A stretch of 64,000 nucleotides of DNA from Betaproteobacteria bacterium Ga0077540. Its GTDB lineage: Bacteria > Pseudomonadota > Gammaproteobacteria > Burkholderiales > Methylophilaceae. The translations under genes and the position numbers were made by a program. This document shows, one piece after another, positions 1 to 11,749 of this stretch. Where the stretch lies: NCBI GenBank assembly GCA_001464125.1, contig LNEP01000007.1:8164-72163 (forward strand), in the 5' to 3' direction. Within the stretch, counting starts at the first letter, position 1, and each line of letters begins with the position of its first letter. The notes beneath the pieces were generated by a model. The model was not told the origin of the DNA, did not search any database, and saw nothing but the letters and a program-made list of their open reading frames with translations.

Positions 1-1482
1 GACAGAAAGCAAACCGTCTGCATCAATCTGGAAGGTGACACGGATACGTGCACCGCCAGCTGCCATAGGTGGAATACCACGTAACTCAAAGCGAGCGAGT
101 GAGCGACAGTCTGAGACTAGCTCGCGTTCACCTTGTACCACGTGAATACTCATGGCGGTTTGGCCATCTTTAAATGTGGTAAATTCTTGCGCGCGGGCAA
201 TCGGTAACGTCGCATTGCGTGGAATGATTTTCTCTACCAATCCACCCATGGTTTCAAGGCCGAGAGAAAGCGGTGTTACGTCCAGTAACAATAAGTCATC
301 ATCACTGCGATTGCCTGCCAACACATTGGCTTGAATCGCTGCACCTAAGGCAACCACTTTGTCTGGATCCAGATTAGTCAGGGGCTCTTGTTTAAAATAA
401 TCTTCTACCGCATGGCGAATATGAGGCATACGGGTCGCACCACCCACCAACACCACACCGTTAATCTCATCTATGTTTAGATTGGCATCGCGCATGGCTT
501 TGCGTGTTGGGCTGAGCGTTTTGGTGACTAGATTTTGAGTGAGCTCAACAAACTTATCCACGGTGAGGGTGACATCGACAAAGCTGCCATCACTTAATTT
601 ACAAACAATTTGCGCTTCATGGTTGTCTGTCAGCCACTCCTTGGCTTGACGCGCTTTGGTTAGCAACAAGCGGGTGTCTTCTTCATTTAAAGGGTTAAAG
701 TGCTGTTGGTTGCTGCGCACTTGGTCAAGCACCCAACAGTAAATTCGATGATCAAAATCATCGCCACCTAAAGCGGAATCACCATTGGTAGCTAATACTT
801 CGAATACGCCTTTGGATAAACGCAAGATGCTGATATCGAAGGTGCCGCCGCCCAAGTCGTAAATTACATAGACGCCTTCAGCAGCATTGTCCAGACCATA
901 AGCTACAGCTGCTGCAGTAGGTTCATTTAACAGGCGCAATACATGCAGCCCAGCTAAACGCGCAGCATCTTTGGTGGCTTGGCGCTGAGCATCATCAAAA
1001 TAGGCGGGTACAGTAATCACTGCACCTGTCAGCTCACCACCCAGAGCCTTTTCTGCACGTAATTTAAGTGTCTTTAGAATTTCAGCAGAGATTTCTACCG
1101 GGCTTTTCAAGCCAGCACGTGTGTCAATCTGTAGCATGCTTTGCGCACCGTCACCTGCCACAAAGCGGTAAGGAATATGTGCGCGGTCGGCAATGTCTTG
1201 CAGGCTTCTCCCCATAAACCGTTTGACCGATGCGATGGTGTTTATCGGGTCTTTACTTTGCTGCGCCAACGCTACATGGCCAACGATTATTTCTTGCTCG
1301 GATAAATAACGTACCACGGACGGTAACAGCGCGTGACCATGTTCATCTTGCAATACTGTACTCATGCCGCTACGTACGGTAGCTACCAGTGAGTTGGTGG
1401 TGCCTAAATCAATACCCACCGCCAATCGGTGCTGGTGTGGAGCGGCGCTCATGCCGGGTTCGGATATTTGCAGTAATGCCAT
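1..1482 (-). CDS. hscA: Fe-S protein assembly chaperone HscA (Hsp70 family), 3' end outside the window
   Basis: Not in the ORF track because it runs off the left edge. The reverse strand from ATG at 1482 reads [34 protein letters not shown]. It also has the Hsp70 motifs TVPAYF and DLGGGTFD and lies directly downstream of hscB. Confidence 0.96.
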   Translation of the reverse strand, partial: MALLQISEPGMSAAPHQHRLAVGIDLGTTNSLVATVRSGMSTVLQDEHGHALLPSVVRYLSEQEIIVGHVALAQQSKDPINTIASVKRFMGRSLQDIADRAHIPYRFVAGDGAQSMLQIDTRAGLKSPVEISAEILKTLKLRAEKALGGELTGAVITVPAYFDDAQRQATKDAARLAGLHVLRLLNEPTAAAVAYGLDNAAEGVYVIYDLGGGTFDISILRLSKGVFEVLATNGDSALGGDDFDHRIYCWVLDQVRSNQQHFNPLNEEDTRLLLTKARQAKEWLTDNHEAQIVCKLSDGSFVDVTLTVDKFVELTQNLVTKTLSPTRKAMRDANLNIDEINGVVLVGGATRMPHIRHAVEDYFKQEPLTNLDPDKVVALGAAIQANVLAGNRSDDDLLLLDVTPLSLGLETMGGLVEKIIPRNATLPIARAQEFTTFKDGQTAMSIHVVQGERELVSDCRSLARFELRGIPPMAAGGARIRVTFQIDADGLLSV

Positions 1483-1508
1483 GGGGGTTCTTTAATATTA
1501 GGTGTTTC

Positions 1509-2027
1509 TTAATCTTCAAGTCGGCTGATCATGTCGTGTATATCAGCGCTGATTTTATCGATGAAGCTGAGTTTTCTGACCAATTGTGAGGCTGCTTGCG
1601 CATCATTAGCCAGTGCTTGAGCAAATGCAGCTTGTAACGATTTTCCAGCGTTCTGTATGGTACTTAACAAGGCCTCTAATGCACCAACATCTTTTGCATA
1701 TTGCGCCTCTTCCATCGCTTCACGCCATTCCATTTGCGACATTAGAAAATCAGCAGGCATGGCAGTGTTGCTGTCTTGCAATGTTTCAACCCCTTGCAAC
1801 TGCAATAAATAGCGTGCACGGGCAGTTGGGTGCTTAAGTGTTTGATATGCCTCATTGGTCAGGGTGGCGGTTTGCATAGACTGCAGGCGCTCGCTGGACG
1901 ATGCCGTCACAAACTTGTCCGGATGCACCTCGGCCTGAATTTTGCGGTAGTTGCCTTGCAAAGCTTGCAAATCAATATCGTATTGAACGGGCAAGTCAAA
2001 CAAGCGGAAATAATTCTGAGTATCCAT
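1509..2027 (-). CDS. hscB: Fe-S co-chaperone HscB
   Basis: J-domain with the HPDKF motif, NYFRLFDLP N-terminus, C-terminal FLMSQMEWRE. Position within the isc operon. Confidence 0.95.
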   Translation of the reverse strand: MDTQNYFRLFDLPVQYDIDLQALQGNYRKIQAEVHPDKFVTASSSERLQSMQTATLTNEAYQTLKHPTARARYLLQLQGVETLQDSNTAMPADFLMSQMEWREAMEEAQYAKDVGALEALLSTIQNAGKSLQAAFAQALANDAQAASQLVRKLSFIDKISADIHDMISRLED

Positions 2028-2066
2028 GCGAAGTGGGTGATTTGTGCTAACGCTACTTAAGCTTAC

Positions 2067-2390
2067 TTATACGGTGAACGACTCACCACAGCCACACTCA
2101 TCTTTCACATTCGGATTGTTGAACTTAAAGCCTTCGTTTAAGCCCTCTTTTGTGAAATCCAGCTCTGTGCCATCGATGTAAACCAAACTTTTTGGGTCAA
2201 CAATCACTTTCACGCCATGGCTTTCAAAAGACGTGTCTTCTGCTTGCATTTCATCTACAAACTCAAGCGTATAAGCCATTCCGGAACAGCCGGTAGTTTT
2301 AACGCCCAAGCGTAGTCCAATGCCTTTGCCGCGATTTTCCAAAAACTTTTCAACACGCTTTGCTGCAGTTTCTGTCAGTGTAATGGCCAT
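2067..2390 (-). CDS. iscA: Iron-sulfur cluster assembly protein IscA
   Basis: GCSG and CGCGESF motifs. Confidence 0.97.
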   Translation of the reverse strand: MAITLTETAAKRVEKFLENRGKGIGLRLGVKTTGCSGMAYTLEFVDEMQAEDTSFESHGVKVIVDPKSLVYIDGTELDFTKEGLNEGFKFNNPNVKDECGCGESFTV

Positions 2391-2392
2391 AC

Positions 2393-2791
2393 TTAAGCTG
2401 CTTCTTTCGAGCCGTGTTGTTTAGATTTCAAATCCGCTACCGCTGCCTTAATCGCATCCTCTGCTAGCACTGAGCAATGGATTTTTACTGGTGGCAAAGC
2501 CAACTCTTCCGCAATTGCAGAATTCTTGATTTCAGCCGCTTGATCCAATGTCTTGCCTTTCAGCCACTCCGTTACCAAAGAGCTAGAGGCTATAGCAGAG
2601 CCACATCCATAGGTCTTGAATTTAGCATCTTCGATAATGCCTGCTTCATTCACCTGAATCTGCAATTTCATCACGTCACCACACGCAGGCGCGCCGACCA
2701 TACCGGTGCCCACGTTGGATGCATTTTTGTCTAGAGAGCCCACGTTACGCGGATTCTCGTAGTGGTCTAAAACTTTGTCTGAATATGCCAT
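2393..2791 (-). CDS. iscU: Fe-S scaffold IscU
   Basis: [30 protein letters not shown] and LPPVKIHC. Start placed at the ATG at 2791. Confidence 0.97.
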   Translation of the reverse strand: MAYSDKVLDHYENPRNVGSLDKNASNVGTGMVGAPACGDVMKLQIQVNEAGIIEDAKFKTYGCGSAIASSSLVTEWLKGKTLDQAAEIKNSAIAEELALPPVKIHCSVLAEDAIKAAVADLKSKQHGSKEAA

Positions 2792-2805
2792 ACCGTTCTC
2801 CTTAA

Positions 2806-2901
2806 AATTAAAATGCTTCACAACTTCTGTGTTAGCTCGGCTTGCCGTACTAATCGTACTGTCTTCGCCTCGCTGCCTTGAACTTGTTTTGCCTTTTAAT
2901 T
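2806..2901 (-). repeat. RPE-1-like palindromic element, copy 1
   Basis: Imperfect terminal inverted repeats (aattaaaatgc ... gccttttaatt). The minus-strand core CAAGGC-stem-AGTACgattAGTAC-stem-AACACAG has the same layout as the elements at 24754 and 30922. Confidence 0.65.
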
Positions 2902-3001
2902 CTTACTTATAAAATTTTTATACTTTTACTACTAAATGCGAACTATTTTTCTGTCTGGCAAGCTTTTCGACAACGCCGCTAGGCGGAAAAAGAGAAGCAT
3001 T

Positions 3002-4219
3002 TTAGTGCGCTGCCCATTGCACTTTGGATAAATCAATGCCGTCTTTGAACATTTCCCACAATGGCGATAACTCACGTAATTTGCCAATCTTACTTTTCAG
3101 CAAATCAATCGTGTAATCCACATCGGCTTGCGTAGTAAAACGGCCAATCGAGAAGCGAATTGAGCTATGCGCCAACTCATCTGAACGGCCTAAGGCACGT
3201 AGTACATAGCTAGGCTCTAAGCTGGCAGAGGTACAAGCAGAACCCGAAGACACCGCAATGTCTTTCACTGCCATAATCAATGATTCACCCTCTACAAAGT
3301 TAAAGCTAATGTTCAAGTTGTGCGGCACACGGTGATCCAAATCACCATTCACATAAGTCTCTTCAATTTCCTGCAAGCCGTGTAATAAACGGTCGCGCAA
3401 CATGCGGATACGTTCGTTCTCAGCCGCCATTTCTTCACGGGCGATTCTAAATGCTTCACCCATTGCAACGATTTGATGTGTTGCCAAAGTGCCGGAACGC
3501 ATCCCACGCTCGTGACCACCGCCATGCATTTGCGCCTCAATACGGATACGTGGTTTGCGGCGTACGTAAAGTGCACCAATGCCTTTAGGGCCATATGTCT
3601 TATGCGCAGAAAAGCTCATTAAATCAACAGGTAATGTTTCCAAATCAATCACCACTTTACCTGTGGCTTGCGCTGCATCCACATGAAAAATGATGTTGTT
3701 AGCACGGCAGATGTTGCCGATCGCAGTAATGTCCTGAATCACGCCAATCTCATTGTTAACAAACATTACAGATGCCAATACTGTGTCTGGACGAATTGCA
3801 GCTTTAAATTTTTCTAAATCAATCAAACCATTAGGTTCTGGATCTAGGTATGTCGCTTCAAAGCCTTGGCGCTCCAGTTCACGCACGGTGTCAATCACGG
3901 CTTTGTGCTCGGTCGATACCGTGATGATATGTTTGCCTTTAGTTGCCGCATAAAAATTAGCTGCGCCTTTAATGGCCAGATTATTAGACTCGGTTGCACC
4001 GGAAGTCCATACAATTTCACGTGGGTCAGCATTCACCAGTCTGGCTACTTCTTCGCGCGCATTTTCAACCGCTTTTTCTGCAGTCCAACCATATGGGTGG
4101 CTACGTGACGCAGGGTTGCCATAATGCTCCGTAATGTACGGAATCATTTTTTCCGCCACGCGCGGGTCTACCGGTGTGGTTGCAGAATAATCTAAATAAA
4201 TCGGTTCTCTGTCTGACAT
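3002..4219 (-). CDS. iscS: Cysteine desulfurase IscS
   Basis: [12 protein letters not shown] lysine in [10 protein letters not shown], catalytic SSGSACTS, and the IscS C-terminus ELSPLWEM...W. Confidence 0.97.
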   Translation of the reverse strand: MSDREPIYLDYSATTPVDPRVAEKMIPYITEHYGNPASRSHPYGWTAEKAVENAREEVARLVNADPREIVWTSGATESNNLAIKGAANFYAATKGKHIITVSTEHKAVIDTVRELERQGFEATYLDPEPNGLIDLEKFKAAIRPDTVLASVMFVNNEIGVIQDITAIGNICRANNIIFHVDAAQATGKVVIDLETLPVDLMSFSAHKTYGPKGIGALYVRRKPRIRIEAQMHGGGHERGMRSGTLATHQIVAMGEAFRIAREEMAAENERIRMLRDRLLHGLQEIEETYVNGDLDHRVPHNLNISFNFVEGESLIMAVKDIAVSSGSACTSASLEPSYVLRALGRSDELAHSSIRFSIGRFTTQADVDYTIDLLKSKIGKLRELSPLWEMFKDGIDLSKVQWAAH

Positions 4220-4263
4220 TGTCTACTTTCCAATCACTTCAATTTAAATAATCAGTCAACTAG

Positions 4264-5412
4264 CTAAGCCGCAATTGCGGTCATCGCTTTTAATCGTTTC
4301 ACTTCTTGCGCCAGCGTGGTTAAGAAGGCCTCTATTTGTTGCGCAGTATTTTGCATATTCAAACTAACGCGCACTGCGCCTCTCGCCAGATCTTCTTCTA
4401 TCCCCATCGCCAATAGCACATGGCTAGGTTCGGTGCTATCGCTGGAGCAGGCCGAGCCACTGGCTACAGCAAATCTAGCTTTATCTAATGCGGTCACCAA
4501 AGTTTCTCCCTCAATATGGGTAAAAGCGAAAAAGCTAGTATTAGGCAGACGATGATGACTGTTTGCGCCAAATAAAGTAGCTTTAAGCTGGTGTAAGCCG
4601 ACCTCTAGCTGGTTGCGTAATTGCGACGTGTGCCCTTGGTAAGCCACTAACTGTTGTTGTGCAATAACGCATGCAGCACCAAACCCTACAATAGCCGCCA
4701 CATTCTCTGTGCCGCTGCGCAACCCTTTTTCTTGCCCGCCACCCAGCAACAATGGCTGAATATCAACACGCTTATCTAATACCAATGCCCCTGCACCCAG
4801 CGGGCCGCCAATTTTGTGGCTAGATAAAGTCATGGCGTGTACACCTAGTGCATTAAAATCCACATCTACTTTGCCCAAAGCTTGCACAGCATCCGTATGG
4901 ACGTAGGCTTTATGCTGTTTAGCCATGGCTGTAATTGTTTCCAGCGGTTGCACGCTACCTGTTTCATTGTTAGCCAGCATCACAGAAATCAAACCAGTCG
5001 GCTGTTGCAGTAATTGGCTCAGATGCTCCAAATCCACTTGACCATGCTGATCCACCTTGATTGTTTTGACTTGCCATCCGCTGGTCTGTAATGCCAAAGC
5101 AGGGCGCGTCACACATGGGTGCTCAATACTACTCACCAATAACTGGCTGGGCGTTAAATTGCCTGTAATGCCGCGAATTGCAAAGTTATTCGCTTCTGTA
5201 CCGCTGGCTGTAAATACCACTTGCGATGCCTGCACGCCTACACAGTTTGCCACTTGCGTTCTTGCAAGCTCAATTGCCTCACGTGCGTTACGGCCAAATA
5301 CATGGCGACTAGTAGGATTGCCATGCTGTGCGGTCATGAACGGCAACATTGCTTCCAGCACTTGCGGATGCAGTGCGGTCGTACTGTTGTGATCAAAATA
5401 CACAGTGTTCAT
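4264..5412 (-). CDS. Second group I cysteine desulfurase (NifS/IscS-like)
   Basis: YFDHNSTT, SSHKIGGP and ASGSACSS motifs. Lacks the IscS SPLW tail. Its start ATG overlaps the iscR stop (TAATG). Confidence 0.9.
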   Translation of the reverse strand: MNTVYFDHNSTTALHPQVLEAMLPFMTAQHGNPTSRHVFGRNAREAIELARTQVANCVGVQASQVVFTASGTEANNFAIRGITGNLTPSQLLVSSIEHPCVTRPALALQTSGWQVKTIKVDQHGQVDLEHLSQLLQQPTGLISVMLANNETGSVQPLETITAMAKQHKAYVHTDAVQALGKVDVDFNALGVHAMTLSSHKIGGPLGAGALVLDKRVDIQPLLLGGGQEKGLRSGTENVAAIVGFGAACVIAQQQLVAYQGHTSQLRNQLEVGLHQLKATLFGANSHHRLPNTSFFAFTHIEGETLVTALDKARFAVASGSACSSDSTEPSHVLLAMGIEEDLARGAVRVSLNMQNTAQQIEAFLTTLAQEVKRLKAMTAIAA

Positions 5413-5888
5413 TAAGCGTTTAGTGCCTCTGCTGTTGTACATTTGCGTGGTGCAAATACCACCGCATTTTCACATTTTCCATTTTTGCGTTGGATTTCTA
5501 CCATATCTGCCAGTGTGACACCGGATAGGTATTCTAAAATCTTGCCATTCAATGCAGTCCATAAATCATGGGTCATACAACGGCCTTCGTCATGGCAGTT
5601 TTCATTACCACCGCATTGTGTTGCATCAATCAGTTCATCTACTGCGGTAATGATGTTAGATACTGAAATCTCGTGATGCGGTTTGGCTAAGCGATAGCCT
5701 CCACCAGGGCCTCGTACGCTGGTCACCAATCCTTGGCGACGTAAGCGGCTAAAAAGCTGCTCCAAATATGAAAGAGAAATGCTTTGACGCTCACTAATGC
5801 CGGCCAATGTGACAGGTTTGTCTGCCTCGTATAACGCAATGTCCAGCATAGCCGTCACTGCAAATCGTCCTTTGGTTGTTAATCGCAT
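5412..5888 (-). CDS. iscR: Fe-S cluster regulator IscR (Rrf2 family)
   Basis: [25 protein letters not shown] and RGPGGGY, with three Cys plus His ligands in [16 protein letters not shown]. Confidence 0.96.
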   Translation of the reverse strand: MRLTTKGRFAVTAMLDIALYEADKPVTLAGISERQSISLSYLEQLFSRLRRQGLVTSVRGPGGGYRLAKPHHEISVSNIITAVDELIDATQCGGNENCHDEGRCMTHDLWTALNGKILEYLSGVTLADMVEIQRKNGKCENAVVFAPRKCTTAEALNA

Positions 5889-5927
5889 AATGTTATTTCT
5901 ACCGTTCTGATTAACCCGAATTTTATA

Positions 5928-5952
5928 ATAACCTACTGTTTTAGTCAATTAT
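5928..5952 (-). promoter_or_regulatory. IscR type-1 operator upstream of iscR
   Basis: The minus strand reads ATAATTGACTAAAACAGTAGGTTAT, matching the type-1 consensus ATASYYGACT-N5-AGTCRRSTAT and overlapping a TTGACT -35-like hexamer. Confidence 0.8.
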
Positions 5953-5961
5953 TATGGTAAT

Positions 5962-5991
5962 TAGTTGCACTGTTTCCAATAAGTGCAACTA
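5962..5991 (-). terminator. Hairpin after cysE (probable terminator)
   Basis: 10-bp perfect stem tagttgcact/agtgcaacta just past the cysE stop. The U-tract is weak. Confidence 0.45.
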
Positions 5992-5998
5992 TTATTTA

Positions 5999-6739
5999 TT
6001 AGGACGCTTTGGGTTTTTTTGCGAAAGCCTGACCTACTTCGGTTTCAGACTGTGTGTCGCTGAGCTTGGCTAGCTCAGCCTTCAGCGCGGTAAGTTCTGC
6101 ATCTTGCTTATTGGCATGGTCAAGCAAGCTATGTATGGCTTTGGTAATTGGATCGTTCTCATCGTTGCCCACTGCATAAGCACTAAAGCCGATTTTTTGA
6201 GCCGTGTCATCACGTTTTTTCTGCTTTTCCTCTTCCAAAATCCTTGCTGGAATGCCAACTGCGGTAGCATTATCAGGCACATCTTTGACAACTACCGCGT
6301 TAGAGCCGATTTTTGCGTTTTTACCAATAGTAATCGGCCCTAGCACTTTGGCGCCTGCACCAATCACCACACCGTTTTCTAATGTTGGATGGCGTTTGCC
6401 CTTGTTCCAAGAAGTGCCGCCTAATGTGACACCGTGATACAAAGTGCAGTCGTCGCCGACCACCGCTGTTTCACCAATCACCACACCCATGCCGTGGTCG
6501 ATGAAAACGCGGCGACCAATCGTGGCACCCGGATGAATCTCAATGCCGGTCAACCATCTGCCAATATGTGAAAGCATGCGGCCTAACCAGAAAAAACGCT
6601 TGTTCCAAAACCAGTGACTAAAGCGATGCATAATTAACGCATGTACACCGGGGTAGGTGGTCAAAATCTCAAAGTGAGTTCGTGCCGCCGGGTCGCGGTC
6701 GAATACAATGGAGACATCTTCTTTTATATGGTTAAACAT
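5999..6739 (-). CDS. cysE: Serine O-acetyltransferase
   Basis: [40 protein letters not shown] and hexapeptide repeats. Confidence 0.95.
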   Translation of the reverse strand: MFNHIKEDVSIVFDRDPAARTHFEILTTYPGVHALIMHRFSHWFWNKRFFWLGRMLSHIGRWLTGIEIHPGATIGRRVFIDHGMGVVIGETAVVGDDCTLYHGVTLGGTSWNKGKRHPTLENGVVIGAGAKVLGPITIGKNAKIGSNAVVVKDVPDNATAVGIPARILEEEKQKKRDDTAQKIGFSAYAVGNDENDPITKAIHSLLDHANKQDAELTALKAELAKLSDTQSETEVGQAFAKKPKAS

Positions 6740-6781
6740 ACGAGGGCTTGAAAAAGCAAACATGCATTATGCCATGAATGG

Positions 6782-6806
6782 ATACCTGAGTAAATTACTC
6801 AGTTAA
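6782..6806. promoter_or_regulatory. Putative IscR-type palindromic operator upstream of cysE
   Basis: ATACCTGAGTAAATTACTCAGTTAA contains the perfect inverted repeat CTGAGTAA-A-TTACTCAG, with IscR type-1 length and spacing. Confidence 0.6.
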
Positions 6807-6827
6807 TTATTGAGGCTGTTCTAGCTA

Positions 6828-7568
6828 CTAATATTTGGTGTGTTTTTTGGGCTGCTGCGTTAGGGTGAGAATACCACGCAGTAGGTTTACTTCTTCTTTT
6901 TCCAAGCGAGTGCGCCCATACAAGCGGCGCAAACGCTCAAACAGTTTTTTGGGTGCACGTGGGTTGATATAACCAATCTGTTCCAGCACCTCACGCATAT
7001 GCTCGTAAAAGCGCTCTAAATCATCTTGCGAAGCGAGTTCTGCTGACTTTTCTTGATAATGCAGCTCGCCAGTAGTAATGGCCATGCGCAGCTCGTAACA
7101 CATAATCTGCACGGCTTGGGCCAAATTTAGCGAAGTGTATTCAGGGTTGGCTGGAATCGTTGCCAACATATGGCAGCGGTCAGCTTCTTCATTAGATAAT
7201 CCACTCATTTCAGTGCCGAATACCAATGCAACTTCTTGATGAGTAGCAATGTTTTTCACTTCGCCGGCGGCTTCACGTACGGTGATGACTTGTTGCGATA
7301 ATGAGCGTTGCTTACCGCTTACACCAATCACAAATTGGCAGTCAGCAAGCGCCTCTTCCAATGTTTGCGTAACGACTGCGCTATCGAGTAAATCTGCCGC
7401 ATTGACTGCCAAAGCCTTGGCCTCACCATCTGGGAAGTGCTTGGGACGTACCAAGTAAAGGCGGCTTAAGCCCATGGTTTTCATGGCGCGTGCAGTAGAG
7501 CCGATATTGCCGGGATGGCTGGTTTGGCAAAGCACAATACGGATGTGATTAAAAATCTGGTCAGTCAT
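6828..7568 (-). CDS. trmJ: tRNA C32/U32 2'-O-methyltransferase TrmJ (SPOUT)
   Basis: TSHPGNIGSTARAMKTMG, VFGTEMSGLSNEE and YTSLNLAQAVQ. Canonical position between suhB and the isc operon. Confidence 0.9.
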   Translation of the reverse strand: MTDQIFNHIRIVLCQTSHPGNIGSTARAMKTMGLSRLYLVRPKHFPDGEAKALAVNAADLLDSAVVTQTLEEALADCQFVIGVSGKQRSLSQQVITVREAAGEVKNIATHQEVALVFGTEMSGLSNEEADRCHMLATIPANPEYTSLNLAQAVQIMCYELRMAITTGELHYQEKSAELASQDDLERFYEHMREVLEQIGYINPRAPKKLFERLRRLYGRTRLEKEEVNLLRGILTLTQQPKKHTKY

Positions 7569-7670
7569 AGGTTTTTGCTTAAGTTGGCTTTGAGGCAACT
7601 TGATATTTGGATAAGTGGGCTTAAATGCTAAAATGCTATTTTACAGTACATCACGCAAAGACCACCCATA

Positions 7671-8483
7671 ATGCATCCGATATTAAACGTTGCGACCAAA
7701 GCAGCACGCGAAGCCGGCAAAATCATCAACAGAGCCTCACAAGACGTTGGCGCACTTAAAGTTCAAACCAAAGATTACAATGATTTTGTGAGTGAAGTGG
7801 ATCGTTCCGCTGAAGAAGCCATCATTAATATCTTAAAAGAGGCTTACCCAACGCATGGTTTTTACGGTGAAGAAAGCGGTAAAACCAATGTGGAAGCTGA
7901 AAGCATTTGGATTATTGACCCGTTGGATGGCACTACTAACTTTTTGCATAACTTTCCTTGCTACTGCGTTTCTATTGCATTGCAAGAAAGAGGTGTGCTC
8001 ACACAAGCAGTGATTTATGACCCGGTACACAATGATTTGTTTACCGCGACTAAAGGCCGTGGCGCTTTCTTAAATGATAAGCGTATCCGCGTCACCAACC
8101 GTAGCAAGTTGCAAGATAGCCTGATTTCAACAGGTTTCCCATTCAAAGATTTTAGTTATTTAGAGACGTACCTTGAAATTTTCAAAGACATGGCAAAGAA
8201 AACATCAGGTTTACGTCGCCCCGGATCTGCCGCCCTAGATTTGGGCTATGTGGCTGCAGGCTACACGGATGGTTTTTTTGAAATTAACTTATCCCCTTGG
8301 GACATCGCTGCGGGTGCCTTATTGGTACAAGAAGCGGGCGGTATTGTGGGTGATTTTGAAGGTAACGAGAGCTGGTTAAGAACTGGTAACATTGTAGCAG
8401 GCAACCCCAAAGTGTTTGGGCAAATGCTGCAAGTCATCAACCCACATCTCACTGAACGTATTAAAACACCAACGCTTGAGTAG
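7671..8483 (+). CDS. suhB: Inositol-1-monophosphatase / SuhB
   Basis: [19 protein letters not shown] and WDIAAG motifs. Confidence 0.95.
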   Translation: MHPILNVATKAAREAGKIINRASQDVGALKVQTKDYNDFVSEVDRSAEEAIINILKEAYPTHGFYGEESGKTNVEAESIWIIDPLDGTTNFLHNFPCYCVSIALQERGVLTQAVIYDPVHNDLFTATKGRGAFLNDKRIRVTNRSKLQDSLISTGFPFKDFSYLETYLEIFKDMAKKTSGLRRPGSAALDLGYVAAGYTDGFFEINLSPWDIAAGALLVQEAGGIVGDFEGNESWLRTGNIVAGNPKVFGQMLQVINPHLTERIKTPTLE

Positions 8484-8494
8484 CTCATACCCTA

Positions 8495-11080
8495 GTGACT
8501 ATCGTTACTGAACCATTAGAGCCATCAGCCCAGGCCCAGCACACCCCCATGATGCGCCAGTATTTGGCGCTGAAGGCACAGCATCCGGATATGCTGCTGT
8601 TTTATCGCATGGGGGATTTTTACGAGCTTTTCTTTGATGATGCAGAAAAAGCCTCACGTCTGTTAGGCATTACCTTGACGCGCCGTGGTACTAGCAACGG
8701 CGAGCCTATCAAAATGGCAGGTGTGCCTTACCATGCTGCAGAACAATACCTTGCCAAATTAGCCAAGTTGGGCGAGGCCGTAGCGATTTGTGAACAAGTG
8801 GGCGATCCAGCCACCAGCAAAGGCCCGGTCGCGCGCGAAGTCGCACGTATTCTCACCCCGGGTACGCTCACGGATGCCGCGTTATTAGACGAAACGCGCG
8901 ATCAACCATTGCTCAGTCTGTATGCCAGTGAAGGTCTTGTAGGTCTGGCTAGACTGAACTTAGCCTCTGGCGAATTTGTGTTGAGTGAAATTGCCATTGG
9001 TCAATTGTCGCAAGAACTAGAGCGCATCCACCCAGCCGAAATTGTATGTGAAGAAACCTTTCAACATGCTGCGTTGACCAGTTATAAAGCGATGAAAAAA
9101 CGCTTGGCGCCTTGGCAGTTTGATTTAGACGCCGCACAACGTGCCCTCACACAACAATTCAACACCTTAGATTTAGCTGGATTTGGCTGCCACGATATGC
9201 CAGCCGCTATTGCTGCTGCTGGTGCATTACTCGATTACGTCAAGCACACACAGCGCACAGCTTTACCGCATATTGTGGGCTTGTCAGTGGAGCAGACCAG
9301 CCAATACATTCAACTAGATGCGGCCACTCGCCGTAATCTCGAAATCGATACCACGATTCGTGGCGAAGCCTCACCTACATTATATTCTTTGCTCAACACC
9401 ACGCAGACCGCTATGGGCGCCAGATTGCTGCGCCACTGGTTGCACCATCCTCTGCGCGATAAACAGCATGTTTATCAACGCCATCAGGCCGTGGCGGAAT
9501 TATTGCAGAGTAATATTTGGCAGCCATTGCAAACTAACCTAAAGCTGGTTGGTGATATTGAGCGCATCACTGCACGTATTGCATTAAAAACAGCAAGGCC
9601 ACGTGATTTATCTGGTCTACGCGATAGCTTATTGCAATTACCTTTGTTGCAAGCTGTGTTGACCAATACAAAATGTGCAATGTTACAAACACTAATGGCT
9701 AGTGTGCAGGCGCCGCAAGCGGCTATTGCAATACTAAAGGGCGCGATTCGTGAAGCGCCATCTGTGGTGTTGCGTGAAGGTGGTGTGATTGCGGATGGCT
9801 ATGACGCAGAGCTTGATGAATTGCGGCATATTCAAACCAATCACGGTGATTTTTTATTGCAATATGAGGCCGCAGAAAAAGCGCGGACTGGTCTGCAAAA
9901 TCTCAAAGTTGAATTTAATAGCGTGCATGGTTTTTACATTGAAATCGGCCGTGCTCAAGCTGAAAATGCGCCGCCGGAATATCGTAGACGTCAAACGCTT
10001 AAAAATGTAGAACGTTTTATCACCCCGGAGCTTAAAGCCTTTGAAGACAAGGTGTTGAGTGCCAATGACAGGGCGCTTGCGCGTGAAAAAATGCTGTATG
10101 AGCAAGTGTTGGACTCGCTATTGCCACATATACGGGACTTGCACATGAACGCAGGGGCTGTGGCCAGCTTAGATGTGTTGAGTTGCTTTGCCGAGCGTGC
10201 GGAAGCCTTGCATTACATACAGCCAGCGTTTATAACTGAACCAGGGTTGAGTATTGCGTCTGGCCGTCATCCAGTCGTCGAGAGCATCACGCAGCCATAT
10301 GTATCTAATGATGTATCGCTTAATCCTTATCGACAATTGCTGTTGATTACAGGCCCCAATATGGGCGGTAAATCCACATTTATGCGACAGACTGCGCTCA
10401 TTGTGTTGATGGCTTATTGTGGTTGTTTTGTTCCAGCCAGTGTTGCCAATATTGGCGAGATAGACCGTATTTTTACCCGCATTGGCGCTTCGGATGACTT
10501 GGCGGGGGGGCGTTCAACCTTTATGGTGGAAATGACTGAGACCGCCAATATTCTGCACAACGCAACCGATAAAAGCTTGGTGCTGCTTGATGAAATTGGC
10601 CGTGGTACCAGCACATTTGATGGCTTGAGTTTGGCATGGGCAGTAGCGAAACAATTACTAGATAAAAATAAATCACTCACTTTATTCGCCACCCATTATT
10701 TTGAGCTGACGCGCATTGTGGATGACGCTAAACATGCTGCCAATGTACATCTGGATGCGGTGGAGCATGGGCAGGGGATTGTGTTCTTACATAAAGTGGA
10801 AGAAGGCGCAGCCAACCAAAGCTATGGTATTCAAGTGGCACAGCTGGCTGGCATGCCTAAAACAGTGGTGCAATTGGCAAAACGAAAATTATTGCAATTG
10901 GAGCATAGCCAAGTTGCGCTAAACACACAGCAATCAGATATGTTTGCTGTGGTTGAGGAACCAGTTGCAGTAGCTGTACATCCAATAGTTGCCGAGTTAG
11001 AAGCGATTCAGCCTGACGATTTAACCCCTAAGCAAGCATTAGAACTGCTTTACCAACTAAAAAAAACACTCAACGAGTAA
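8495..11080 (+). CDS. mutS: DNA mismatch repair protein MutS
   Basis: [34 protein letters not shown] and FATHY. Confidence 0.98.
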   Translation: MTIVTEPLEPSAQAQHTPMMRQYLALKAQHPDMLLFYRMGDFYELFFDDAEKASRLLGITLTRRGTSNGEPIKMAGVPYHAAEQYLAKLAKLGEAVAICEQVGDPATSKGPVAREVARILTPGTLTDAALLDETRDQPLLSLYASEGLVGLARLNLASGEFVLSEIAIGQLSQELERIHPAEIVCEETFQHAALTSYKAMKKRLAPWQFDLDAAQRALTQQFNTLDLAGFGCHDMPAAIAAAGALLDYVKHTQRTALPHIVGLSVEQTSQYIQLDAATRRNLEIDTTIRGEASPTLYSLLNTTQTAMGARLLRHWLHHPLRDKQHVYQRHQAVAELLQSNIWQPLQTNLKLVGDIERITARIALKTARPRDLSGLRDSLLQLPLLQAVLTNTKCAMLQTLMASVQAPQAAIAILKGAIREAPSVVLREGGVIADGYDAELDELRHIQTNHGDFLLQYEAAEKARTGLQNLKVEFNSVHGFYIEIGRAQAENAPPEYRRRQTLKNVERFITPELKAFEDKVLSANDRALAREKMLYEQVLDSLLPHIRDLHMNAGAVASLDVLSCFAERAEALHYIQPAFITEPGLSIASGRHPVVESITQPYVSNDVSLNPYRQLLLITGPNMGGKSTFMRQTALIVLMAYCGCFVPASVANIGEIDRIFTRIGASDDLAGGRSTFMVEMTETANILHNATDKSLVLLDEIGRGTSTFDGLSLAWAVAKQLLDKNKSLTLFATHYFELTRIVDDAKHAANVHLDAVEHGQGIVFLHKVEEGAANQSYGIQVAQLAGMPKTVVQLAKRKLLQLEHSQVALNTQQSDMFAVVEEPVAVAVHPIVAELEAIQPDDLTPKQALELLYQLKKTLNE

Positions 11081-11101
11081 TACAGAGAATAGGATATTTT
11101 C

Positions 11102-11701
11102 ATGAAAAACCCAGCCATCACACAAACCACTATTCACGATATTATTGCGCAGCGCTGGAGTCCGCGTGCCTATGATGCCACCAAACCGGTAAGTCAAACG
11201 CAGGTGATTAGCCTGCTGGAAGCAGCGCGTTGGGCACCTTCTTGTTTTGGTGACCAGCCTTGGCGATTGGTGGTGTGTGATAAAACCACTAACCCGCAAG
11301 CTTGGCAAACGGCTTTTGAGTGCTTGGTACCGGGTAATCAGGTGTGGGCGCAGCATGCGCCAGTGTTGATCTTAATCTGCGCCAGTAATTTATTTACGCA
11401 CAATCAAAAGCCAAACCGTTGGGCGCCTTACGATACAGGCGCTGCTGCAGAAAACATATGTTTACAAGCCACTGCGCTTGGGTTATCCGCACACCAAATG
11501 GGTGGCTTTGATGCCGCCAAAGCACAAGCTGCATTTGCGGTACCTGAGCAGTTTACGTTGATGGCAATGATGACGGTGGGCTATGCCGCGCCTGCAGATA
11601 CTTTGCCAGACGACTTGCGTGAGCGTGAAGAAGCGCCTAGAACACGTCGCCCATTGGGTGAGCTGTTTTTTGATGGTGTGTGGGATAAAGCTATCATCTG
11701 A
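11102..11701 (+). CDS. Nitroreductase family protein
   Basis: RWSPRAY, AARWAPSC..QPW, DTGAA and HQMGGFD. Confidence 0.9.
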   Translation: MKNPAITQTTIHDIIAQRWSPRAYDATKPVSQTQVISLLEAARWAPSCFGDQPWRLVVCDKTTNPQAWQTAFECLVPGNQVWAQHAPVLILICASNLFTHNQKPNRWAPYDTGAAAENICLQATALGLSAHQMGGFDAAKAQAAFAVPEQFTLMAMMTVGYAAPADTLPDDLREREEAPRTRRPLGELFFDGVWDKAII

Positions 11702-11749
11702 TAGAATGTGAGCTAAATTTTTAATCAAAAGAGATGTTAGGGGTTTGGT

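Noticed and set aside
1-1482. Apparent ORF-free 1.5 kb at the window start
   Set aside because: It is hscA on the minus strand running off the edge, not a pseudogene or non-coding region.
2946-2991. Imperfect hairpin just downstream of iscS
   Set aside because: Probably an mRNA stability or termination structure, but the stem is imperfect with a long loop and lacks the palindromic-element core, so it was not called.
10504-10510. G7 run in mutS as a phase-variable tract
   Set aside because: It encodes the conserved LAGGRSTF motif in frame and is too short to call.
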